A stretch of 64,000 bases of DNA from Promethearchaeia archaeon (GCA_029856145.1 JAHQWK010000002.1:96001-160000); one strand, 5' to 3'. Positions 1 to 10,484 are shown, counted from the stretch's first letter. The notes: a model not told the origin generated them from the letters alone. Numbers and translations are program-made.

Positions 1-2
1 AT

Positions 3-533
3 ATAAAGGCGCATAGGAAAGAACAAGAAAAAAACTATCCCGGGTCGGCTACAGGAGGAAAAATAGAAAATAAAGAAGTAGGCAATCTTTATAATAAAGC
101 AGGGTCACTGAAAGAAAATCAAAGGTATTCAGAAGCTATAGCCGTTCTACTTGACGCCGTAAAATTAGATCCTGATGTTCCAATCCTTTATGAGCAAATA
201 GGAGTCAATTATCATTTAAACAAAGACACTCAAAATGCAATAAAATACCTTGAGAAATCAATAGAGTTAAATCCCTATCAAGTATTAGCATGGGAGAATT
301 TAGCTGCTATCTATAATAATCTCGGAAACACCAGAAAGGCAGAGGAAATACTTAGAAAATTAAACAGTTTTGGTCCTATGTACGCAAATTATATGATTGA
401 TAGTGGGAAATCGGCGTTTCGAAAAAATATGATTCAGTCGGCAGCACTTTGCTGGGGAAAAGCATTAATGGCGGATCCTAATAATAAGGAGGCGCAAATC
501 TATTTAACAATGCTCAAGCAACGCTTCACATAG
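3..533 (+). CDS. TPR-repeat protein, 5'-partial (not in ORF track)
   Basis: Frame 3 is open from the window edge to TAG 531-533; translates to TPR helices (EAIAVLLDAVKLDPDVPILYEQIG; AIKYLEKSIELNPYQVLAWENLAAIY). Confidence 0.85.
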   Translation: MKAHRKEQEKNYPGSATGGKIENKEVGNLYNKAGSLKENQRYSEAIAVLLDAVKLDPDVPILYEQIGVNYHLNKDTQNAIKYLEKSIELNPYQVLAWENLAAIYNNLGNTRKAEEILRKLNSFGPMYANYMIDSGKSAFRKNMIQSAALCWGKALMADPNNKEAQIYLTMLKQRFT

Positions 534-682
534 ATTAAAAAAAAATAGATATTATTAAAAGTTTTTATGACAATAACAACATATAAGTTGAAAATCCTCA
601 TAACATTATTATTCCTCCGAAATATCAAATTCTTTTTTATTTCTTTTTTTCTTTAAATAAATTCTAACTTCAATGCTAATAT

Positions 683-2662
683 ATGATAAAAAATTCAAAA
701 TATAGTCAGTTCTTCCCTTATCCTTCATTTCGCTTAGAACAAGAAGAGATTATCGAAAAAATTGAACGCAGTACGAGGTTAAACAAAAACACCTTACTCG
801 TCGCACCAAACGGAACAGGAAAAACTATTATGGCTTTAAGTGCTCTTCTTCCAGTAGCTTTAGAACGAGGGTTAAAGATTATCTATATGTGTAGAACCCA
901 CACTCAATCTGATAGAGTTATTAAAGAATTAAAGAAAATTCATCATACGTGCCCTAAAGGAAACTTAAGAGTATTTGGACTTTCGATTCGTGGAAGAAAT
1001 GAGATGTGTCTAAATAATACTCTGCTACGACTTAAAGCAAACCCGTCTGAAGCGATGGCGATTTGTAAAAGTCTGAGAGTAAATAAGAATTGCGCATTTT
1101 ATCGAAATATAAAAACATCTACAAATGGCTTCAAAAACTTGGATATGTATCAATTTACAGAACCTGTAAATGCTGAGGAATTAATTAAATTATGTAAGGA
1201 AAAACGCTATTGTCCTTACTTCTTGTCAAAACGATTCTTAAAAGATATACCTATTATCGTGTGTAACTTTCAATGGATATTTAATCCGGATATCCATTTC
1301 AGGTTTCTAAAATTGTTAGATACGAGCCTTGAAAAATGTATTCTAGTTATTGATGAGTGCCATAATATCATCGATGTGGCCACACAAGTAAATTCTGAAA
1401 AATTAATTCCTTACTTCCTTACATCATGCCTAAATGATATGTATGATCTCAGGCTATCTGAAAAGTATGTTCAATTTGTGAATTTCCTAAAAAATCATTT
1501 GTCACAAAAAATACGAGATTTACGTTCTGGAGAATATGCAATTAACGCTGCTGAGTTTTTATCAAACCTTTGTAAAAGATTAAAACTTAAGAATTTTTCA
1601 GAGTTTCCCATTTTTTTAATGAATTTACTTACAGAATATGACAGCAAAAAAGAATCACTTAAAAAATCTGATAATAAAGAAGTATCAAAAGATAATATCA
1701 AGTATTTGGTTAAGTTCTGGATGAGATGGCGTGAAAAGTGTGATTCTAAGAAATTTTTCTTCTGCTATCATGTAAAGAAGAGTGGAAGTAGAAAGTTTAT
1801 TGCCATGGAAATCGTGGCATTGGATCCTCGGGATATTACCCTACAAATATTTAAGAAAAGCTATGCATGTCTAAATCTTACCGGCACTGTAAATCCCTAT
1901 GTGTATAAACATTTGACGGGATTACATTGGAAAAAAGAGGGATATACTGAAATAATTGCTCAATCTCCGTTTAACAGTCGTAATATCTTAGCGCTGATTA
2001 CTGAGGGGGTGAATACAGCAAAAGATAATCGAAATCCCTTCATGTATCGAAAAATACTTGGAAAAATAGAAGAAGTAGTGGCAAATACTCCTGCTAATAT
2101 TGGTATTTTTTGTGCCTCCTACACTATTCTAAAAGGCTTAACTGATAAATATCACCAACCTGATATAGAATCCATAATCCGAAAATATGGGAAACGAGTA
2201 TATATTGAAGAATCGAACATTTCTGCTTCTCAAAATAGTAAAAAACTTGAAAATTTTAAAAAAGCTTCTAAAGAAGGTGGTGCTGTCTTATTAGGAGTTT
2301 GTGGAGGGAGGAATTCTGAAGGGGAAGATTATCCGGGTGATTTTATGAATGCAGTAATCATTGTCGGAATTCCATATCACCGACCTACACCACGAGTAGA
2401 AGCGAAAATTAAGTATTATAATAAAGAATTTCATAACAAAGGGTGGATGTTTGCTTACTTAAATCCGGCAATGCAGAGGGCAAATCAAGCTTCGGGTAGA
2501 CCGATTCGTAAAGAGTCAGATAAAGGGGTTATTGTGTTCATGGATGACAGGTTTAAAGATAAGATGGGATGGATTTCAGAGTGGGTAAGAAAAGAAATAA
2601 AACTTGTTCTTGATAAAAAGGGAATCTTAACTAATAGTATAGGAAAATTCTGGAGAACCTAA
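683..2662 (+). CDS. XPD/Rad3/DinG-family Fe-S DNA helicase
   Basis: Walker A APNGTGKT, GRNEMC...C...C...CPY Fe-S cysteines, DECH, SEGEDY, QASGRPIR motif VI. Confidence 0.92.
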   Translation: MIKNSKYSQFFPYPSFRLEQEEIIEKIERSTRLNKNTLLVAPNGTGKTIMALSALLPVALERGLKIIYMCRTHTQSDRVIKELKKIHHTCPKGNLRVFGLSIRGRNEMCLNNTLLRLKANPSEAMAICKSLRVNKNCAFYRNIKTSTNGFKNLDMYQFTEPVNAEELIKLCKEKRYCPYFLSKRFLKDIPIIVCNFQWIFNPDIHFRFLKLLDTSLEKCILVIDECHNIIDVATQVNSEKLIPYFLTSCLNDMYDLRLSEKYVQFVNFLKNHLSQKIRDLRSGEYAINAAEFLSNLCKRLKLKNFSEFPIFLMNLLTEYDSKKESLKKSDNKEVSKDNIKYLVKFWMRWREKCDSKKFFFCYHVKKSGSRKFIAMEIVALDPRDITLQIFKKSYACLNLTGTVNPYVYKHLTGLHWKKEGYTEIIAQSPFNSRNILALITEGVNTAKDNRNPFMYRKILGKIEEVVANTPANIGIFCASYTILKGLTDKYHQPDIESIIRKYGKRVYIEESNISASQNSKKLENFKKASKEGGAVLLGVCGGRNSEGEDYPGDFMNAVIIVGIPYHRPTPRVEAKIKYYNKEFHNKGWMFAYLNPAMQRANQASGRPIRKESDKGVIVFMDDRFKDKMGWISEWVRKEIKLVLDKKGILTNSIGKFWRT

Positions 2663-2770
2663 ATTATCTTTAATTTTTCTTTAAATATCTAGAATTCAAT
2701 TTCTAGATAAAAAATGAGATGAGGAATTATTACTGAAAACCAAACTCAGATTAGTATTTTATTCAAGGAA

Positions 2771-3724
2771 ATGCAAGAATATGCGAATAAACAGGATGAC
2801 GATAATATTTTAAAATATATGGACAGAATTCTTAAAACCACGCCTCAAAATGCTGATGATTGGGAGAAGAAAGCGTTCGTTTATAAAAACATGAGAGAGC
2901 TGAAGAAAGCTGTTTCTTGTCTAGAGAAAGCTATAGAATTATCGCCTAACAATTCCGGTTACTACGAGAAAACGGGTAATCTACTATCAGACCTTATACA
3001 ATATGAAGCTGCATTAGGATATTACAATAAAAGTGCTGAGATCTCTCCTGAATGTGGAGCTTATTGGAATAATCTCGCGTTATGTTATGACAATTTAAAT
3101 GATTATAACCATGCTAAAAAGTATTATGAAAAGTCAATCAAACTAGATCCAACTATTCGTACTGTATGGTATAATCTAGGGGAATTATACCTTAACAATA
3201 ATGAAATTGCGAAAGCAAAAGAATGCTATGCTGAATTGATCAAAAGAGATACAGAGAACGAATTTCTGTTAAAAGTTGCTTTATTCTATAAGAAAATAAA
3301 TGCTTATAAGGAAGCTACTAAATATCTCCAAAAGCTTGTTGACTTAGAACCTGATAATGATGAAGCATGGTTTCATTTGGCTCATTCATATGATCAACAA
3401 AGAGCCTATGATTTGGCAATAGAGTCATATAAGAACTGTGTAAACCTTAATCCTCGGAATTATTCTTCTTGGAATAATTTAGGGCTCATGTACGCTCTCA
3501 AAGAAGACTTTAAAGAAGCAATTAAATGTTATAAAAAAAGTATTCTCATAAACCCAAAAAGTGATATAACATGGGAAAATCTTCAACTTGCTTATTATGG
3601 AGTAGAAAAATTTGATAAAGCAGAATTATGTAGAAAAAGAGTAGAGCAGTTGAAAAATGAGGATGACGAATTACATGAAAATAAAACAAGATCTAATGAT
3701 GAGAGTAAACAATATTACATCTGA
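2771..3724 (+). CDS. TPR-repeat protein (may start upstream at ATT 2726/2729)
   Basis: Multiple TPR units (W.NLG..Y...A...Y.K...L.P). Confidence 0.9.
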   Translation: MQEYANKQDDDNILKYMDRILKTTPQNADDWEKKAFVYKNMRELKKAVSCLEKAIELSPNNSGYYEKTGNLLSDLIQYEAALGYYNKSAEISPECGAYWNNLALCYDNLNDYNHAKKYYEKSIKLDPTIRTVWYNLGELYLNNNEIAKAKECYAELIKRDTENEFLLKVALFYKKINAYKEATKYLQKLVDLEPDNDEAWFHLAHSYDQQRAYDLAIESYKNCVNLNPRNYSSWNNLGLMYALKEDFKEAIKCYKKSILINPKSDITWENLQLAYYGVEKFDKAELCRKRVEQLKNEDDELHENKTRSNDESKQYYI

Positions 3725-3771
3725 AAACAACTGAAATCTTAACTCTTATTTTTTTTTAGCTTATATGTACC

Positions 3772-4737
3772 CTAACCAAGAACTTCAAGAGTAGATTTTT
3801 TCGTAAAATTAAGCTCTTTTTCATTTGTATATGAATTTTCCTTAATAACTATATTAGATAATTTAACCTTATCTCCGTCGGTAATCAATTTTACACACTC
3901 AACCGCCTGAAGTCCCCATATAGTGACTTTAATTGATGCCGACTCATCTGATAGCACCAATTTAAACAGAAAGGACTTATCACCATTCTTTAATGTTAGT
4001 TCCTTAAAAAATTCGACCTCAACTGTTCCGGTAATGAATCTAACAAATCCTTCCTTTTCATAAAGGCTCTGAACAGTCCATTTAGATTTCTTTTCTTTGC
4101 TTTCTCGTACAGGCGTGCTCGAAGGTTCTGAGGACTTGTTCTCTGAGACTTTTAATTCTACAATTTCATGAATTTTCACATTTTCAGGGGCTAAAATAAT
4201 ATTTCCTTGTCTCCCTAGATGAACTTCTAAATTCCCGTCCCTTCCCTTCTTTGAATATGCTCCAACTACTTGAATTATCTCACCCTTCTTAAAGAGCTCA
4301 TTTTCCATTATTTCCACGCTTTCATTCCACAAGACAACTTTTATACAATCAGAGTTATCACAGATCTGAAATGAACCCACACGTCCCGGAGTATTATCTT
4401 TCTTTACAAAATCTCTGACCTGATACACAGCCTCCACTCGACCTGCTATTACGATATTTCTCAAATTTTCCAGAACTGAGGAAATCGGGATAGCAGAATC
4501 GTTATAATCAATGACCTCTTCAGCTATATGATTTAAAATCTCCTTATCTTCTCTCGAATCTACATCGATCCCATGCTCTTTTGCAATCAAGTATAAGATA
4601 GCTCGCTTTGTCATAAATCCTTGAAATTCGGTCTCTTTTTCGTTTACATGTTTGGTGAGTTCCTTTTCACTGATTCCTGAGTTCAATAAAGCTTGATATA
4701 TCTCTTCAGCTCGTTCTACCATTTTTTTCACATTCAT
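3772..4737 (-). CDS. RPA-like ssDNA-binding protein with two OB folds and an N-terminal helical domain
   Basis: N-terminal KETEFQGFMTKRAILYLIAKEHG; OB motifs ICDNSDCIKVVLWN and LSDESASIKVTIWG. Confidence 0.8.
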   Translation of the reverse strand: MNVKKMVERAEEIYQALLNSGISEKELTKHVNEKETEFQGFMTKRAILYLIAKEHGIDVDSREDKEILNHIAEEVIDYNDSAIPISSVLENLRNIVIAGRVEAVYQVRDFVKKDNTPGRVGSFQICDNSDCIKVVLWNESVEIMENELFKKGEIIQVVGAYSKKGRDGNLEVHLGRQGNIILAPENVKIHEIVELKVSENKSSEPSSTPVRESKEKKSKWTVQSLYEKEGFVRFITGTVEVEFFKELTLKNGDKSFLFKLVLSDESASIKVTIWGLQAVECVKLITDGDKVKLSNIVIKENSYTNEKELNFTKKSTLEVLG

Positions 4738-5377
4738 TTATTTTATTCAAAATTAAATTTTTGAAAATTAAGTCCTTTTTGTAATTTACAGTTAATCCAA
4801 TTTTATTTCGCGTTCTATGAAAGGCATATGCAGAACAGCTACATAATACTCGGAGGTTAGATTGAATGATTTTACACTCAGAACGAGAAGAGCAATCATC
4901 TAAAAGGTCAGTAACAAAAACCACCACTGCGACTTGAGTCATGATTTGAGGCCTAAAACATAAATGATCTAATTTCAGCTGCAATCTCCTTGCATTCTCT
5001 CTTGCCCTTCTATAGTCGAAAACGGGAGCTAATCGGTGAAATTTATGTAAATATATACGAACCTTTATTCCTTGATGTTTAGAAGTAAGAAGGTTAGCAT
5101 TCTGTTTAAAGAACTTTCTAATTCGTACAAGGTTAACCAAAAAACGAGTAATAAACCTATAAACTAACACTCTTGGAACGTTTAAAGCTTTACTTATCTG
5201 AATGTACTCGGAATCTGTGATTGCACGTATTTTTTCCTTAGAGGTAACAAACCCGATGTTCCTGAAAAGATAATCCAATACAACAAGGCGAAGTGCTTCT
5301 GTGTCTTTAAAATATTTTGTATAATACTCGTTAACATCCTGAGCCTCAATATCTGGCTTCTTTAGAGTCTGAGTCAT
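4706..5377 (-). CDS. Hypothetical protein; C-terminus weakly resembles a TFB/cyclin-box helix bundle
   Basis: 223-aa ORF overlapping the start of the RPA-like gene; RPQIMTQVAVVVFVTD...IIQSNLRVLCSCSAYAFHRTR. Confidence 0.6.
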   Translation of the reverse strand: MTQTLKKPDIEAQDVNEYYTKYFKDTEALRLVVLDYLFRNIGFVTSKEKIRAITDSEYIQISKALNVPRVLVYRFITRFLVNLVRIRKFFKQNANLLTSKHQGIKVRIYLHKFHRLAPVFDYRRARENARRLQLKLDHLCFRPQIMTQVAVVVFVTDLLDDCSSRSECKIIQSNLRVLCSCSAYAFHRTRNKIGLTVNYKKDLIFKNLILNKINECEKNGRTS

Positions 5378-5504
5378 GATTTATCCAATGATTCTATTTA
5401 ATCTTATATTATGAATATAGCAAGAGTATTTAAACAAAAAATATCAAATGATGAGAAGGTGAAAACTTAAATCTAAAAAGTGATGATTATAAAATGACAA
5501 AAAG

Positions 5505-6029
5505 ATGGTTTGTGTCCGGTGTAAATCAACAGTGAACGTAATACCGGTTGAGAGTGACATGTTTAACGAGGAGGCTAATGAAGGGAGAGTTCTCGAATCT
5601 AATTTATGTGATAAATGCATAGAAGACTTTTCAGAAAAATATTGTACGTGGAATCAAAGAAAGTTAATTAGAAAAAAAATGTGTGTGGTATGTATGGCAG
5701 AAGCAAATATAAGTTCATTTACTCTTTTTTATGCTGATGATGAAGCTGAAATAATAGTGGAAAAAGTAAGTGCTTTTTGTGAATCATGTCTAAGGGGCGT
5801 ACTGAAGGAATACTTCCAATTTGAATATGGAAAATCTGATAGATATATACCCGCAAACGTTCGAAGTGAAGTATGGGAAAGGGACGGGGGTAAGTGTGCG
5901 GAATGTGGCAGCAGAGAGAAGTTGGAATTTGACCATATAATCCCATTTAGTAAAGGAGGTAGTAATACCGCGAGAAATATTCAACTTCTATGTGAGTCAT
6001 GCAATAGGCAAAAAAAGGATATAATATAA
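5505..6029 (+). CDS. HNH endonuclease with two N-terminal zinc-finger units
   Basis: [13 protein letters not shown]...[27 protein letters not shown]; four upstream CxxC pairs. Confidence 0.92.
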   Translation: MVCVRCKSTVNVIPVESDMFNEEANEGRVLESNLCDKCIEDFSEKYCTWNQRKLIRKKMCVVCMAEANISSFTLFYADDEAEIIVEKVSAFCESCLRGVLKEYFQFEYGKSDRYIPANVRSEVWERDGGKCAECGSREKLEFDHIIPFSKGGSNTARNIQLLCESCNRQKKDII

Positions 6030-6073
6030 TTAAGACTATTTAAACAAAAGAATTAATAATTAGTACAAATATT

Positions 6074-7486
6074 GTGGAAATTGTGGACCTGAAGAAAGAA
6101 GAACAAAAAAATGTTGAGGTAGAGGGTACTTTTGTTTATAAATACACTTTTACTAATCCTATCAGTGATGTATTTGAATTATTATTAGACTTACCAAGTC
6201 TATTATTTTATTCTTTTGAAGAAACTAATGATTCAACTGAAGATACTAGATTAGTTAAATACGCTATGCTTAGCGAAGAAGCATTATATAAATTTAAAAT
6301 TATAGAACAAAAACCAAATAGATTAATTATATATGATTATGATTTTATGGGAACTATGGTTGGGGAAAGAGGAAGATTGATGCTTAAATTTCATGAGATC
6401 TCTAATGAAAGTGTAAAATTAATTGTACAGCATCAAATTATTGATTCAAAATCTAAACGATGGGAAGGAGAACACAAGAAAAAAGTTGCTGGGCTTCCTC
6501 CAGGGTACCAACATCTTTCAAGGAACCCATTCAATGTGCTCGAACAAAACTGGTTAGGAATGAACTTAGATAAGAAACTAAAAAGACAAGATATTAGTAA
6601 AATATTTGTAAGGTGTAAAGGGAAAAGAATTATAGTTGAAGAGGGTAGCCTTGCAATTATGCAAGGGTTCACTCTAGTCTTAGATAACCTTGGTATCATT
6701 GATATAAAGAGTGAAGTGGAAGGACTTGAAAATTTCACTGAATTAACTGACTTACATCTTAATGGTAATAATATTAAAGAGATTACAGGTCTTGATAAGT
6801 TGGTAAATTTGAGAAATTTATATTTGAATGCTAATAAGATCGAGTGGATAAGCGGATTAGAAAATCTTTCCAAATTGGAACGCCTTTATTTGAGCGGGAA
6901 TAATATTCAAGAGATAGAAGGTCTTGAAAATCTCACCAATTTAAGGATCCTACTCCTTAACGATAATAAAATCTCCAATATAAGGGGAATGGAAAATCTT
7001 GCAGCTCTTCAACATTTTGAAATTATAAACAATCCAGTTCCTGAAGATATAATAAAGGATTTAGGCGGGTATGCAAAAAGCTACTTTGGTAAAGAACTGG
7101 ATCATGTACGATTTCCGCAAAGATTTGTAAGATATTGTCAAAAACCAACCTCGGAAATAGATTTAAGGGAATCTGAAAGAAAAATGGAAGAAGAAGCATT
7201 AAAGAGGAAAGTAGATGAAGTTCTGAGAAGTTCCCAAAAGATTCGCCTTAGTATGTTTCGGAATGCGTTAAATTTAGATAAAAGTAAATTTGATAATAGA
7301 ATATTAGAATGGACCAAAGAATTTAATTTTACAATTGATGGAGATTTTCTAATAAAACTACAAACCGCACAAGCTCCTGAGTTAATAATGGAGACAAGTT
7401 GGGAAGATAAGAGTTGTCCAGCTTGCGGAAAAAGGATAGTCGATACCCAACAAAAAATTTGTGAATTTTGTGGTACAGAATTATAA
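6074..7486 (+). CDS. Leucine-rich repeat protein with C-terminal winged-helix-like region and zinc ribbon
   Basis: SDS22-type LRRs (LxLxxNxIxxIxGLxxLxxL) repeated about 5 times; CPACG...CEFCG. Confidence 0.85.
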   Translation: MEIVDLKKEEQKNVEVEGTFVYKYTFTNPISDVFELLLDLPSLLFYSFEETNDSTEDTRLVKYAMLSEEALYKFKIIEQKPNRLIIYDYDFMGTMVGERGRLMLKFHEISNESVKLIVQHQIIDSKSKRWEGEHKKKVAGLPPGYQHLSRNPFNVLEQNWLGMNLDKKLKRQDISKIFVRCKGKRIIVEEGSLAIMQGFTLVLDNLGIIDIKSEVEGLENFTELTDLHLNGNNIKEITGLDKLVNLRNLYLNANKIEWISGLENLSKLERLYLSGNNIQEIEGLENLTNLRILLLNDNKISNIRGMENLAALQHFEIINNPVPEDIIKDLGGYAKSYFGKELDHVRFPQRFVRYCQKPTSEIDLRESERKMEEEALKRKVDEVLRSSQKIRLSMFRNALNLDKSKFDNRILEWTKEFNFTIDGDFLIKLQTAQAPELIMETSWEDKSCPACGKRIVDTQQKICEFCGTEL

Positions 7487-7536
7487 AAATTTCAAGAATA
7501 AGTAATTTAACTTTTATCTAATTTTCAGATTCGTAT

Positions 7537-7911
7537 TTAATCTAATGTTAATTGGATTTTTTTAGGCATTTTTTTGTTTGTAGTAAAGAATTTTCTACAT
7601 TTTTCGTAGTTTCTTCCCAATTTTTCAAGGTTATTCATTACTCGGTCTTTATTTAAATGATGTTCCTCACACATCAGAGATTTTGCTCGTTCTTTATTAG
7701 GATGATTCCAAAGAATATTATCAAATTGAGTATTAATTTCAGGAACCAATATGATTTTTCTTACTTTCTTAATTAGTTCAGGAGTAAGCGCGCTAAAATT
7801 AAAATTCTTCCTTTCATTTACTATAACGGATGCTAAACCCTTATATTTCCTAATAAGAGTTAATGCTTTTTTTGGTCCAATACCCCTAATCCCTGTAAAA
7901 TAATCCGAACC
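7537..7911 (-). pseudogene. fen: 3' fragment of flap endonuclease 1 (H3TH domain and C-terminal tail only)
   Basis: GSDYFTGIRGIGPKKALTLIRKY H3TH motif; PIP-like QLTLD terminus; no N-terminal nuclease half upstream. Confidence 0.8.
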
Positions 7912-7988
7912 TTTTTTAGGTGACAAGTAAATCTAATTACTCATTAAATTTATAAATACAAATTTTTTAAATTATTATGTGAAATATC

Positions 7989-8435
7989 ATGACGATAGAA
8001 GGTTGGATTCATCCTGTCCATACAGAATTCGAGGCTCGGAAATTAGTAGATTTCATTAGGAATCATAAGTCATTGAGAGTTATAATGCATGTTGCTATAC
8101 TTAATGGTACGTTGGAGACGCGAGATAGGCGAAGAGTAGGTCAAGAAAACAAGAGAACTTTGTTAATAATGTATAATTCTTTAGGAGAACGAGAATTTTT
8201 AGAAGATATGAGAAATGACTTAAATATCAGTATTGAATCTTTGTTTACTTTAGACGATTTAAAAGATATAGATAAAGAATATATAGGGGATGGTGTAGAT
8301 ATTGAAGATGAAGATGCCGTTGTGTGGAAGATTAGGAATGTCGATTATATAGACTGGGAGGACTATTATGATTATGATAAGGATAAAGTTATTTCTGATT
8401 TTTTTCACGGTAAAGAAATTATCACTATTTCATGA
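7989..8435 (+). CDS. Hypothetical acidic protein
   Basis: 148-aa ORF, no recognised motif. Confidence 0.6.
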   Translation: MTIEGWIHPVHTEFEARKLVDFIRNHKSLRVIMHVAILNGTLETRDRRRVGQENKRTLLIMYNSLGEREFLEDMRNDLNISIESLFTLDDLKDIDKEYIGDGVDIEDEDAVVWKIRNVDYIDWEDYYDYDKDKVISDFFHGKEIITIS

Positions 8436-8536
8436 GTAAGCGTTCTAGGACAATTTTTAGATTAATGTCCGTTTTTCTCCTATAATTCTTCAATACCCCT
8501 TGCCAACAAAACAGTTAGTAGAATCTTATAAGTGTT

Positions 8537-9835
8537 TTATAGGAGGACCTTTAAAGAAAACTCCTTAATTTCTCCAATTTGGTTTTGATCTGGATCTTTA
8601 AAAGTCGTTTTTATCTTAATAGAGTAATCTCCTGCTTCTATTGGTTTAAGACTAATTTCCCATTTCATATTTTCATTTGTTCGAAGTGAATATATTTGTT
8701 TTTTTAATGTCCCTCTCATTACTTTAAGATTTTCAGGAAAATCTATTTCTATGTTAAGATCTAAGGCTTCACCCTTACTTTTATTTTCAATAAGGATTTC
8801 TAAAGGGAAAGATTTGCCAATTAAAGGAGGTCTCAAATTTTTTATAGAGATATCTAATGTGGGAGGGGGAGATATTAGGGTTGGATATAATAATTCAGAA
8901 TATTCATAGAAAAATTTCAAATTCCCATTTAATTCTGAAGTTAATAAGATTGGACCAATAGTGGGATTTTCCATTTGAAAATGTGGCTTAATTAGTAGAT
9001 TTATTTGACACGTCTGACCCGGTGTTATAGTAATAGGTAATTCTGGTTTTTTATGAAATGTAAAATTATCAGTAAGTTGGATGCCAATTTTCATAATTTT
9101 TAATTCCTTTAAGTTATAATTGTAAAAAGAGTTTTCTGTAATATCTAATAGAGGCTTTGTATCAATATTCATTGTTAGATTTATGACATCGTTAGTTGTA
9201 TATATTTTTTTATCCAAAGTCAATTTAACGATTAATGAAACAATTGTTTTAGCTATTACTAAGGCTGATTTTGCTAGATTTATTTCTCCCTCATAAAATT
9301 TCGAATTTTCAAAATCCTTTTCAATTTTTTTAATATATTTCTCTTTTTTATCTTTAGTAGCAACAGTTAAATCCTTAACTAACTTAATTAAAGCACTCTC
9401 TTTAAAATAGCTATCATCTACAAAACTTCTAATTTTTTTAACAATATTTAATCCTTCTTCTTGCTTTCCTTCAACAAATAAACATAAATAAGATAAACTT
9501 GAAAACACTACGAAAAGTTGATTTATATCTGAAGAATTGCGTAAACTAGGGATATAATTAAGAGATTCCTTGAAGAATTGATAAGCTTCAGAAAAATTAT
9601 TATTAAGAAGAGAGGCATTTCCAGCATTCCTTAAAAATTCTAAACCCCTTAGATATTTATCCTCATGAATAGCACTCTTAGCAGCATTAAAAAAACATTC
9701 CTTAGCAATTTCATAATTCCCTAACTTTAAGAAAATATTTCCAACAGTATTATATGATTTCGCAGCTCGTTTATATTGCATTGCTTTATAAAGTTGCTCC
9801 GCTTTCTTTAATTGTTTTTCAGGATCTTTTCCCAT
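8537..9835 (-). CDS. SNAP/TPR-like alpha-solenoid plus two Ig-like beta-sandwich domains
   Basis: N-terminal AAKSY..VGNIF..LG.Y..A...F..AA repeats; C-terminal LEILIENKSKGEALDLNIEIDFPENL...GDYSIKI. Confidence 0.7.
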   Translation of the reverse strand: MGKDPEKQLKKAEQLYKAMQYKRAAKSYNTVGNIFLKLGNYEIAKECFFNAAKSAIHEDKYLRGLEFLRNAGNASLLNNNFSEAYQFFKESLNYIPSLRNSSDINQLFVVFSSLSYLCLFVEGKQEEGLNIVKKIRSFVDDSYFKESALIKLVKDLTVATKDKKEKYIKKIEKDFENSKFYEGEINLAKSALVIAKTIVSLIVKLTLDKKIYTTNDVINLTMNIDTKPLLDITENSFYNYNLKELKIMKIGIQLTDNFTFHKKPELPITITPGQTCQINLLIKPHFQMENPTIGPILLTSELNGNLKFFYEYSELLYPTLISPPPTLDISIKNLRPPLIGKSFPLEILIENKSKGEALDLNIEIDFPENLKVMRGTLKKQIYSLRTNENMKWEISLKPIEAGDYSIKIKTTFKDPDQNQIGEIKEFSLKVLL

Positions 9836-9931
9836 CTAAAACTCACTTCAGTAAAAATTATTAATAAATAAGAAAAGAATTTGTAAAATAAAAAGTTAAA
9901 AGAAAGACAGAAAATTTTTAAACAAATTTAA

Positions 9932-10003
9932 AAATATTAATTTCCGAAACCTTCACAAGGTTAGTCCCAATTCAACTAAAATTTATTTGAAAAGATCATT
10001 CTA
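9932..10003 (-). promoter_or_regulatory. Candidate SECIS element 3' of mvhD
   Basis: Minus-strand hairpin AAAUUUUAGUU-GAA-UUGGGAC-UAAC-CUU-GUG-AAG-GUUUCGG-A-AAUUAAUAUUU (9984-9932) with a GAA/A internal loop; alternative overlapping AUGA...AAA...GA K-turn fold (10003-9962). Confidence 0.6.
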
Positions 10004-10471
10004 TTCGGTTTTCGACTTTTTTGATTCTTTCTCCTCTTTCTTAGAAGGATTAGAATCTTTTAATGGATTGCTGCCCAAATTTTTAATTGTCTCTGAAATA
10101 CGAGTTGCTTCACTTTGAAATTTTACGCCTTCAGCGGCACTGCAGTGAAACATTTGAATTCTTTCTGGTGAAATTCCTACTGTTTTTAAAATTTCTTTTG
10201 CATAACTAACATTCCTTTCGGCGACCAAATTACCTGTTTCATAATCACATTCACCTTTGTATCAAGCACCAATGGCAATTCCATCAGCACCTTTACCTAT
10301 TGCACGCATCATTAAAGATGGGGTGACTCTTCCTGAACAATTAATTCTAACGGGTCTTAATGTAGCAGGATATTGAGCTCTAATCGTTCCAGCCATATCT
10401 CCTGCTCCATATCCTCATTTCCAACAAAGGAATGCTAAAATCTTTATATCTCCATTTGATGTCTCGCTCAT
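10001..10471 (-). CDS. mvhD: MvhD/VhuD [2Fe-2S] subunit, selenoprotein (Sec19, Sec70), 156 aa
   Basis: ATG 10471 behind GAGGTGA; reads MSETSNGDIKILAFLCWK-U-GYGAGD...INCSGRV...GIAIGA-U-YKGECDY; in-frame TGA at 10417-10415 and 10264-10262 at conserved Cys/Sec sites. Confidence 0.93.
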
Positions 10472-10484
10472 AAATTTCACCTCT

